The notes beneath the pieces are model-generated. The model saw nothing but the letters and a program-made list of their open reading frames with translations. It ran no database searches and was not told the DNA's origin. Positions 8,454 through 16,560 of a DNA stretch of 64,000 nt are shown one piece after another. This DNA is from Pseudomonadales bacterium (GTDB lineage: Bacteria; Pseudomonadota; Gammaproteobacteria; Pseudomonadales; JAUIET01). Both the position numbers and the translations under genes were made by a program. Position 1 is the first letter of the stretch. The number at the start of each line of letters is the position of its first letter. The DNA lies in the NCBI GenBank assembly GCA_045106985.1, contig JBGCFQ010000011.1:131890-195889 (forward strand). The letters run 5' to 3'.

Positions 8454-9158
8454 TCATGAATTAGTATGCGCCCTAACAAAGGCTTGCATATGGAAAGCCG
8501 CATGCTCTGGGTGATACTGATACTCCTGAGCCACTGGACAGGCACGCCTAGCGAGGCAACCCCGCTTATTACACTCTGCGTCAGGTTTACTCTTCAGATA
8601 TGAAGCACACTTATCAACATCGTAGTGTCCTGGCGAAAATGCCTCAACAGGGCAAGCGCGCAAGCAAGGTTGTGAATAACATGTATCGCAACGGGATATA
8701 GCACGAGGGCGGGTAGTGTCTGACAAACCATATTCAACGTTGCTCGCAACCAAGGCAAATCGGTAAGCATGCCAAAGACCGTATTCTTTATGAATATGCA
8801 CCCCTAGTTGAGATGTCGCTGATAAGCCTGCCCGCTCAGCCCAGCTCAAAAACGGCCAATATGGCGGCCCCTCGGACGGAAAGAGCACTGAGCAACCGTG
8901 TTGTTCGGCAATAGACTCCCCTACTCTTTTGCTCCATCGATCTAAACTGTGCTGCTTGCCGTCAAGGCATTCATTTGAACAGCTGAAACCAGGCCAAAAT
9001 GTTGACCCAAAAGACCCTACTAAAATGATCGACGCTGGTTCGCGTAGGCCTAACCCTGCCAACTCGCTTCCTTCTGCTCGTACAACGGCCAACATATCCA
9101 AACCGAATACCTGAACTCGCTTACGTATATTTTGAAGCAGATCGCTTGTACTTGTCAT
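8454..9158 (-). CDS. 4Fe-4S cluster protein, QueG/reductive-dehalogenase-like C-terminal region
   Basis: 234 aa. Cys motifs: CDTCYSQPCLRACPVEAF and CASYLKSKPDAECNKRGCLARRACP. Same strand as the mttB-like gene and 206 nt upstream of it. Confidence 0.55.
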   Translation of the reverse strand: MTSTSDLLQNIRKRVQVFGLDMLAVVRAEGSELAGLGLREPASIILVGSFGSTFWPGFSCSNECLDGKQHSLDRWSKRVGESIAEQHGCSVLFPSEGPPYWPFLSWAERAGLSATSQLGVHIHKEYGLWHAYRFALVASNVEYGLSDTTRPRAISRCDTCYSQPCLRACPVEAFSPGHYDVDKCASYLKSKPDAECNKRGCLARRACPVAQEYQYHPEHAAFHMQAFVRAHTNS

Positions 9159-9682
9159 GGTGTACGCTTGCTACTTTAATTGAGTGACTATTGACTGGCA
9201 CAACACTGTTAGCCGCATGCCGCATGCATTGTAAATTCAGTGGTGATGGTAGACCTAAGTCTATGTCACAAGCAATGAGTGCGATCGAATCATGATTTAC
9301 AATCACGAATACGAAGTAAATAAGCACACAAATACAACAAACAAGCTCACATACCCCCAATTTAAAGGCCCTGACCCCTTTAGTAAGTCGATAACGGTCG
9401 GCAAGGCCGCCGAATGCGACACCAAAGTCCCCGTATGCGACGGTTTTACAATGGCTTACTTTTTTACCCTTTGAATATCCTTGATAAGTCTTTACCATGC
9501 ACGCGACCTAGAAACCTAATACTCATAAATTCTAGATCATTGTTACCTTTGGCTCCCAATGCAAGAAAAGTTAGCTGAGATAGCAAGCAGGTCGCGAACA
9601 ATTCGCGAACTTGATAAAGCGCCATGTGCGATTTGCATGTCTCGATATCTAACTAATTATATAAATTAACGAGGAATACCCT

Positions 9683-12499
9683 ATGTTTGAACGAAGCAAA
9701 CTTAGCGCGGCAGTGGCTTCTGCCTTGGCAGTAAGTATATCTGCCGGCACAGCCCAGGCGCAGATGCTCGAAGAAATTATTGTAACGGCTACAAAGCGTG
9801 CAGAAAGCATGCAAGACGTACCTATTTCAATTCAAGCACTGGGCGGCGAAAGCTTGAAAGAGCTTCGCGTAGAGACCTTCGATCGCTACGTAGCTTACTT
9901 ACCCAACGTGGTGAATGCAGGTAACGGACCAGGCAAGAAAGAAATTTACATTCGTGGTACAGCCACAGAGCAATCGTCGGTAACGGTTGGTCCCGCTCAG
10001 GGATCAGCGCCGGGTGTTGCACTCTACTTAGACGAAATGCCTGTTTCCTTCGGCGCACGTAACCTTGATATATACGCTGCTGATTTAGAAAGAATAGAAG
10101 TGTTGGCTGGACCACAAGGCACCTTGTTTGGCGCCAGCTCGCAGTCGGGTACTGTTCGCCTAATTACAAACAAGCCTTCGGTTGAAGGATTTGATGCAGG
10201 TTTTAACTCCAAGTTCTCTAGTACTTCAGGCGGCGGCGAAAGCGCTGCAGCCGATGTCTTTGTTAACATCCCTCTGTCCGATAAGTTGGCTGTGAGAGCA
10301 ACTATATACAGTGACAACCAAGGCGGCTGGATAGACAACGTTCCATCAACCTTTACACCTAGTGGCGCAGTTGTTGACCGCAACAGTCTTGGCTTCGGCC
10401 CCGCGCTCACCGGCGCTGACTCAGTGGCGACCGCTAGAAACGACACCATAGCGTCTGACGATTGGAATGATGCGTCTTATCGCGGTGTTCGTTTAGGCCT
10501 TAAGTACGATATCAATGATGATTGGGATATCTTGGTCCAACACACTGAACAAACCCTTGATGTTGATGGCAGCTTCCTGTCTGATCCAAGCTTGGGTGGC
10601 GATTCGAACGCAGCGAAGTTCATTCCTGAAACAAACAAAGATGAGTTTGGCCTAACGACGTGGACTTTAAATGGTCGTGTAGCAAACCTTGACATCGTTT
10701 ATACCGGGGGATTCCTCGACAGAGACGTAAGCAATAACATCGATTACACCCACTACAACAATGGTGGTGGTTACATAACTTATTACCTGTGTAGCGGTAA
10801 CGTTTACGATGCGACAGACGTTAACAACTGTTTCGACCCGACTAAGCAGTATGCTGAAACAACAACTAATGAGAGAACCACGCACGAATTCAGAATTTCA
10901 ACAGATCCTGATAACCGTTGGAGAGCAATTGGTGGCCTTTACTACAACGATGTTGAAACCACGCACATTGGTGAATTCCAATATCTATCAACTAACGCAG
11001 CTTTTGAAGAGCAAACCAACAGCTATTACAACGATAATCGTGGCGACGGCTTTTTATTGGGCAACACTACCATTCCCAATACTTCGGGCACGGTATCAGT
11101 AGGCCCAAGAAGTCCCGCTACCGTCTTCTTCAACGATTTCACTCGAACAGAAGATGAATTTGCAATTTTTGGTGAGTTTGCATTCGATTTCACTGACACA
11201 GTAAGTGCACGCGTAAGTGGCCGCTATTACAAGCTGACATCAGAATTGGAAGGCGCTTCGAACTTCTCGTTTGGCTGTCGATACGGCGCGGGCGGTTTCG
11301 GCAACTCTGACATAACAGCTGACGGCCGTTGCGATGGAACTGGTTTCAGCAACGACGTAACACAGCGACTGGAATTGTTAGGTCAAGCAAACGCGACTGG
11401 CGATCTAGCTCCAATACTGGCGGCAACGTCCCCGAACGGCGGACGTGATTTCTTCCGTGGTGGCGGTGGCGCATTCCCAGGCTCTAACCAGGCGATTGCT
11501 GATGCAATCACTAGTGGCGGACTGGACATCAGTAACATCGAAACTGATGGCTCTACTGAAGAAGATGACATCATCGTAAAGGCCACTATCGACTGGCGTG
11601 TAACCGACGACATCATGTTGTTTGGTACATATTCTGAAGGCTACCGACCTGCCACTCAGAACCGTAATGCTGGCAGACTAGCCGCCAACCAGACTGGTGT
11701 TTATCTCGGTTACAGAGTACCTACAGTGGCACTGACTGACACATTGACCAACTTTGAATTTGGCATGAAAGGTGAATTTCTTGAAGGCGCTCTTCGCTTG
11801 AACGCGACCCTGTTCTTCTCAGAAATTGATAACCTGCAGGTGTCACGCTTCGACCCATCAAACGTAGCGTTCTTGGTATTCATGGAGAACATTGGCGACG
11901 CAGAGATCACTGGTCTTGATGCTGACTTCCAGTGGGCTGCCACTGAAAACCTGACCATCACCGGTGCTTTTAGCATTCTGGATACTGAGTTGACTCGCTT
12001 AAACCCACAGCTTGATGGCGTAGCGGTTCCGGTTGGTAGCGAGCTGCCACTAAGTTCTGACTTCTCTGGCAACATACGCGCTCGATACGACTTTCCACTA
12101 ACCGCGCTTGGCGGTGACGGCTATGTTTCTGTTGGTGTTAACTATAAGGGCGACAGTGCTGCGGGGATCGTAGGAAGTGCTGCATTCCTTGAAGATACGT
12201 TGCTGTTAGCAACAGGTCGAAGCTCAGGACTGGAAATCCAGAACGAAGGTGGCAATTTTGGTACTGTTGACCTTTCAACGGGTGGCTTACCATCCAACTC
12301 GCGTTACGTGAACCCTGCGTCTACTACAATTAACCTCTCCGCCGGTGTCAACAAAGATTCCTGGACAGCTGAATTGTTCGTAGACAATGTTGGTGACGAG
12401 GAAGCTACCTTTGTACAAACTGCTGGTAAGTTCACGCCTGAGGTAACTAATCAGCGACCACGCACAGTTGGCTTACGTGTTTCATACGACTTTGAATAA
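9683..12499 (+). CDS. TonB-dependent outer-membrane receptor
   Basis: 938 aa. Signal peptide (…SAGTAQA/QM), plug-domain motif EEIIVTATKRAESMQDVPISIQAL and a C-terminal beta-barrel ending RTVGLRVSYDFE. Confidence 0.9.
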   Translation: MFERSKLSAAVASALAVSISAGTAQAQMLEEIIVTATKRAESMQDVPISIQALGGESLKELRVETFDRYVAYLPNVVNAGNGPGKKEIYIRGTATEQSSVTVGPAQGSAPGVALYLDEMPVSFGARNLDIYAADLERIEVLAGPQGTLFGASSQSGTVRLITNKPSVEGFDAGFNSKFSSTSGGGESAAADVFVNIPLSDKLAVRATIYSDNQGGWIDNVPSTFTPSGAVVDRNSLGFGPALTGADSVATARNDTIASDDWNDASYRGVRLGLKYDINDDWDILVQHTEQTLDVDGSFLSDPSLGGDSNAAKFIPETNKDEFGLTTWTLNGRVANLDIVYTGGFLDRDVSNNIDYTHYNNGGGYITYYLCSGNVYDATDVNNCFDPTKQYAETTTNERTTHEFRISTDPDNRWRAIGGLYYNDVETTHIGEFQYLSTNAAFEEQTNSYYNDNRGDGFLLGNTTIPNTSGTVSVGPRSPATVFFNDFTRTEDEFAIFGEFAFDFTDTVSARVSGRYYKLTSELEGASNFSFGCRYGAGGFGNSDITADGRCDGTGFSNDVTQRLELLGQANATGDLAPILAATSPNGGRDFFRGGGGAFPGSNQAIADAITSGGLDISNIETDGSTEEDDIIVKATIDWRVTDDIMLFGTYSEGYRPATQNRNAGRLAANQTGVYLGYRVPTVALTDTLTNFEFGMKGEFLEGALRLNATLFFSEIDNLQVSRFDPSNVAFLVFMENIGDAEITGLDADFQWAATENLTITGAFSILDTELTRLNPQLDGVAVPVGSELPLSSDFSGNIRARYDFPLTALGGDGYVSVGVNYKGDSAAGIVGSAAFLEDTLLLATGRSSGLEIQNEGGNFGTVDLSTGGLPSNSRYVNPASTTINLSAGVNKDSWTAELFVDNVGDEEATFVQTAGKFTPEVTNQRPRTVGLRVSYDFE

Positions 12500-12582
12500 A
12501 AACTGAGTTGTAGGATACTAGGGAGAGGACAGGTTCCGCTCTCTAGTCAACATGCCAGACTCTGGTAAGTAAATACAAGAAA

Positions 12583-12607
12583 GGCGAGCTTCGGGCTCGT
12601 CTTTTTT
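12583..12607 (+). terminator. rho-independent terminator after the TonB-dependent receptor
   Basis: GGCGAGC-ttcgg-GCTCGTC forms a 7-bp stem with one G-U pair. It is followed by TTTTTT at 12602-12607. Confidence 0.7.
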
Positions 12608-12641
12608 GCTTTAGCTTATACCTTATTACCACTCCTACTCG

Positions 12642-14675
12642 ATGTTGCGATCTCCAACTATGACTGAACACCAAACGCCCTCCTCACAAGAAGACAAATT
12701 AGCTCTCGCAAGAGAGTTACTCGGTAAGAAACAGTTTAGTGAGTCGGACGCGATAACCAGTGAACTGCTGGCTGAGGACCCTCAAAATATTGACGCCGCC
12801 TATGTGCGAGCCGTTTCGATGCGTTTACAGAAAAAATCGAACTCCAGTCTTGAACTACTTGAACAAGTACTCCAAGACAAACCCGACTATGGCCGCGCCT
12901 TTCAAGAACGCGGATTCAACTACTTAACTCTGAGAGATGTTGCCCAGGCAGGCACAGCATTTGAACGTGCAGTGGCCCTTGATCCGTCATTGCTTGCGAG
13001 CTGGAAGTCTTTAACCGGGTTATACAAGAAGGTTGGAAACAACTCACAAACTGAAAAAGCCCAAGAACAAGTGTCCTTTCTTGAGAAACTGCCAACTGAG
13101 CTACTAACTGTTATCAGCTATATTTCTGAAGGCAAACTTAACGACGCTGAAAGACTGTGCAAATACTATCTTCGCTCAGACAAGCTTAATGTAGAGGGCA
13201 TGCGCCTATTAGCCGAGATCGCAACAAGGCAGAAAGTACTAGATGATGCAGAGTTTCTGCTAGAGACTTGCATAGAGTTAGAACCTGATCATTTGAACGC
13301 CCAAATTCAGTTCATAAATATTCTTCTTAGAGTTCAGAAGTTCAGCAAGGCGTATCAGTACGCAACCGCATTGCTAGAAAAACATCCAGAAGATCGAGCT
13401 CTTGTATTGGCACTGTATGCCTCTGCTTGCACCGGTGTTGGTGAAAACAACAAAGCTATCAGTTGTTACCAAGAGCTCATCAGGGAAACACCAGACAACC
13501 ATTTTTATCAAGTGTCGCTTGCCCATGTCTACAAGTCTGATGGCGATTTTGCGCGTGCTGTAGAGCACTATCAGAAAGCCTACACCATCAGAGCCGATTA
13601 TGGCGACGCCTATTGGAGTTTAGCCAACACAAAGACCTATAAGTTCAGCGACGCAGAAATCGCGCAGATGACGGGTGAGGAACAAAAAGAAAGCACAAGT
13701 CCTGACGATAAAACCCAGCTCTGTTTCGCATTAGGTAAAGCAATGGAGGACAGCAGTAACTTTGAGCAATCATTTCAGTTTTATGAAAGGGGTAATGCAC
13801 TAAAGCTCTCAAGCGTGAAACATAATGCAGTGCAACTGCAGCGGCGAATAGACTCTCAAATTGAGACCTGTACGAAATCACTATTTGAGCAAAGAAAAGA
13901 CTGTGGATTTGACGATGAATCGCCAATATTCATCGTAGGCCTTCCTCGCGCGGGCTCTACCCTGATTGAACAGATTCTCTCCTCACACTCCTTGGTGGAT
14001 GGCACCATGGAGCTACACAACATCCTGAACCTGGCAAAACGCTTACGTGGTCGAGATGAAAGCCCCGGGAGTATGCCGAACTATCCGAAAATTCTGACCG
14101 AGCTAGACAGCGATTACTTCCGTCGCTTTGGCCAACAGTTCATAAATGACACTGCAGCATACAGGGAAAGTGGAACTTACTTTACAGATAAAATGCCCAA
14201 TAACTTTTTTCATGTGGGACTTATAAAATTGATTCTCCCAAATGCCAAAGTAATAGACGCTCGGCGAAACCCAATGGCCTGTTGCTTCAGTGGATTCAAA
14301 CAATTGTTTGGCGAAGGCCAGGAGTTTTCTTACGGCCTGGAAGAAATCGGTAATTACTATCGTCAGTACGTTAAGCTGATGCAACATTGGGACGAGGAAT
14401 TGCCCGGTTTTGTATTGCGAGTAAATCATGAGGATGTAGTTGCTAATCTTGAAACAGAAGTTCGACGGATCCTCGATTATTGTGGTCTCCCTTTCGAACA
14501 AGCATGTTTGGATTACCATAAGACTGAAAGGAATGTTCGAACGCCTAGTTCTGAACAAGTTCGCCAACCTATCTATACCAGCGGTTTAGATCAATGGCGT
14601 AATTTCGAACCCTTTTTGGAGCCATTAAAACAGGCCTTGGGCTCGGATATTCTGCAGAGTTACTCCATTGATTAA
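12642..14675 (+). CDS. TPR-repeat protein fused to a PAPS-dependent sulfotransferase domain (TPST-like Sulfotransfer_3 type)
   Basis: 677 aa. The N-terminal ~420 aa are TPR-like repeats. The C-terminal domain has the 5'-PSB loop GLPRAGSTLIEQIL and a 3'-PB-like segment RNPMACCFSGFKQLF. Confidence 0.8.
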   Translation: MLRSPTMTEHQTPSSQEDKLALARELLGKKQFSESDAITSELLAEDPQNIDAAYVRAVSMRLQKKSNSSLELLEQVLQDKPDYGRAFQERGFNYLTLRDVAQAGTAFERAVALDPSLLASWKSLTGLYKKVGNNSQTEKAQEQVSFLEKLPTELLTVISYISEGKLNDAERLCKYYLRSDKLNVEGMRLLAEIATRQKVLDDAEFLLETCIELEPDHLNAQIQFINILLRVQKFSKAYQYATALLEKHPEDRALVLALYASACTGVGENNKAISCYQELIRETPDNHFYQVSLAHVYKSDGDFARAVEHYQKAYTIRADYGDAYWSLANTKTYKFSDAEIAQMTGEEQKESTSPDDKTQLCFALGKAMEDSSNFEQSFQFYERGNALKLSSVKHNAVQLQRRIDSQIETCTKSLFEQRKDCGFDDESPIFIVGLPRAGSTLIEQILSSHSLVDGTMELHNILNLAKRLRGRDESPGSMPNYPKILTELDSDYFRRFGQQFINDTAAYRESGTYFTDKMPNNFFHVGLIKLILPNAKVIDARRNPMACCFSGFKQLFGEGQEFSYGLEEIGNYYRQYVKLMQHWDEELPGFVLRVNHEDVVANLETEVRRILDYCGLPFEQACLDYHKTERNVRTPSSEQVRQPIYTSGLDQWRNFEPFLEPLKQALGSDILQSYSID

Positions 14676-14710
14676 GCGACCCACATGCGCGCCTTGATAA
14701 GAATAGAATC

Positions 14711-15349
14711 TTGATTATTTCTCATCAGCACAAGTTTATTTTTTTCGCGGTTCCGAAAACCGCGACGCATTCGGTGCGAGAATTGCTTAGAATGCATATG
14801 GGCTCTAGCGACTGGGAGCAGCAAGCTCTTTATGGCAAGCAGGCTCTGCCGATTCCGGCGCTAGCCAAGCTTATTCACGGTCATATCAGTGTGCAGGAAA
14901 TCAAACCCCATTTGGACGCGGCGGCCTGGCAGAATTATGTCAAATTTGGTTTTGTGAGAAACCCTTACGATCGATTTATATCGGTTTGTTTTTTTCTTAA
15001 CAGAAACAATGAACAGTTTGCAGGCCAGGCCTTGAGTTGGATGAAAGCTGCCCTAAGTCGCGACCAATTTCGTCAGCGAATTCTGGTTAGGCCACAATAC
15101 CAGCAACTTATTGATCACAACGGCGATATAGCACTCGACTATGTCGCCAGGTACGAGAGTATTGACAAATCGCTGGTGGAGCTATCCGAATTACTGAAGC
15201 TGCCCTTCTCAGCCTTGCCAACTAAAAACAGTTCAGAGCATGGCGCCTACACTGCCTATTATGATGATGAGTTACGCGAGATGGTCAGCGAGTTCTATCA
15301 GGACGATTTCAAAATGTTCAACTACAGCTATAACTACAAAAGCGAGTAA
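14711..15349 (+). CDS. sulfotransferase family-2-like protein
   Basis: 212 aa with a TTG start. The N-terminal FIFFAVPKTATHSVRELL matches the PKT(A/G)(T/S) PAPS-binding loop of family-2 sulfotransferases. Confidence 0.65.
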   Translation: MIISHQHKFIFFAVPKTATHSVRELLRMHMGSSDWEQQALYGKQALPIPALAKLIHGHISVQEIKPHLDAAAWQNYVKFGFVRNPYDRFISVCFFLNRNNEQFAGQALSWMKAALSRDQFRQRILVRPQYQQLIDHNGDIALDYVARYESIDKSLVELSELLKLPFSALPTKNSSEHGAYTAYYDDELREMVSEFYQDDFKMFNYSYNYKSE

Positions 15350-15361
15350 GTTGAAGCGGCA

Positions 15362-16348
15362 TCAATCACCCTGATTCAAAAAATCATCGCTCAACTCTTT
15401 ATTCAGGGCCGCTCTCAGTATTCGCTGCATAATGATCGGATTTACGCCAAGCTTATTGCTATTAGTCACGAGTGCGCGCATTTCCGGATGCATTTTTGAT
15501 TTGGCTGTCTCTAATACCGATTGATACAGCGGCCAGCCAGATTTATGGTAGCCATGTAAAAGCCATACCTCTCTCCAATCCTTACATAAATCCAATAATA
15601 GAGTTTTGTAATGAAGAACAATTCTTTTGTCGTTCGCCGGGTTGGCCTCAAAATCTGCGATCAAACCTTGTGCTAAAGCGTCCATTTCTCCTGGCGCCAT
15701 TACTGGCGCGGAATTGAAACGCTCTGTACTAATGTCGACTTTCGCTCCTGGCTTATACGGTAACGTTTGAGGCTGTCGAATGTCGCTGCCCTCTTCTTGA
15801 GCCTGTCTAACCATGCCCCAAAACCTGGAAGAACCAGCGGTGTCTAACACCAAATGAGTACGATCGAAGTCACTGCTATTGATGACATTGTGATGTCTCC
15901 AGGAATCGAAAATCCAACACTCTCCAGCTTGCATATGCACTTGCTCATCACCACAATAAAACAGCACTTCGGGAAAGGTAACAATCGGGATGTGAATGCG
16001 TACTCGTGTGTACCAATGATAATTGAAGTCGACATGGCGACTTACTTCACTGCCGGCGGCCAACTTCATCAGACGTGAGCGGCCCAGCACCTCGCCGAAG
16101 CTAGCCAACACCTGTTGCAAGTACTCACACCGCTGCAAATGTCTAGTGGCTTGCATATGGCCAGAGAATTCGTTGTTGTCCTTGCCGTCTCGGGCAATTA
16201 GAGGGATAGCAGAATTGCCGACAAGACCCGAAGGATGAGCCATCCACTGAGTATCATCTAGGCTCGCGAGTTCATGCTGCAAGCGTTCAACATCAAACTG
16301 CAATGGAAGCTTGACGAATGGTTGGGTGAGTTCCATAAGGCTATCCAA
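15362..16348 (-). CDS. aspartyl/asparaginyl beta-hydroxylase-family (cupin, Fe/2OG-type) protein
   Basis: 328 aa. Core segment: LMKLAAGSEVSRHVDFNYHWYTRVRIHIPIVT...GECWIFDSWRHHNVIN, typical of the Asp/Asn beta-hydroxylase family. Confidence 0.7.
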   Translation of the reverse strand: MDSLMELTQPFVKLPLQFDVERLQHELASLDDTQWMAHPSGLVGNSAIPLIARDGKDNNEFSGHMQATRHLQRCEYLQQVLASFGEVLGRSRLMKLAAGSEVSRHVDFNYHWYTRVRIHIPIVTFPEVLFYCGDEQVHMQAGECWIFDSWRHHNVINSSDFDRTHLVLDTAGSSRFWGMVRQAQEEGSDIRQPQTLPYKPGAKVDISTERFNSAPVMAPGEMDALAQGLIADFEANPANDKRIVLHYKTLLLDLCKDWREVWLLHGYHKSGWPLYQSVLETAKSKMHPEMRALVTNSNKLGVNPIIMQRILRAALNKELSDDFLNQGD

Positions 16349-16560
16349 ATACCAACAAGGAGCAGTGCTCTATGATAGCAGTAGAACCCGATATTCGCGC
16401 ATTAATAAAGCGAGGCAAACATTGCATGCAGCAGCGTATGAGGGCAAACTTTGTTGCTAAGAAACCCATCTAAAGACGGCCATGAACGGTGAGCGGCAAG
16501 ATGTGCGACTGTAAACTTAAGTGCTCTAAGCCCTTGCAAATTTAACCGGATTTCATTGTT

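Noticed and set aside
9292-9474. 60-aa + strand ORF (MIYNHEYEVNKHTNTTNK...) as a possible Tyr/Asn-rich precursor peptide for the sulfotransferase/hydroxylase cluster.
   Set aside because: It has no Shine-Dalgarno sequence and no leader or core peptide features, and it overlaps an equally unconvincing minus-strand ORF (9121-9498). This is pure speculation without conservation data.
8248-9682. Cobalamin riboswitch upstream of the corrinoid operon or the TonB-dependent receptor.
   Set aside because: I found no B12-box-like or GC-rich multi-helix sequence. The region is AT-rich. The 938-aa receptor is also far larger than BtuB.
12552-12572. Tiny ORF, MPDSGK, between the receptor gene and its terminator.
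   Set aside because: Six codons with no RBS. It is almost certainly a chance ORF.
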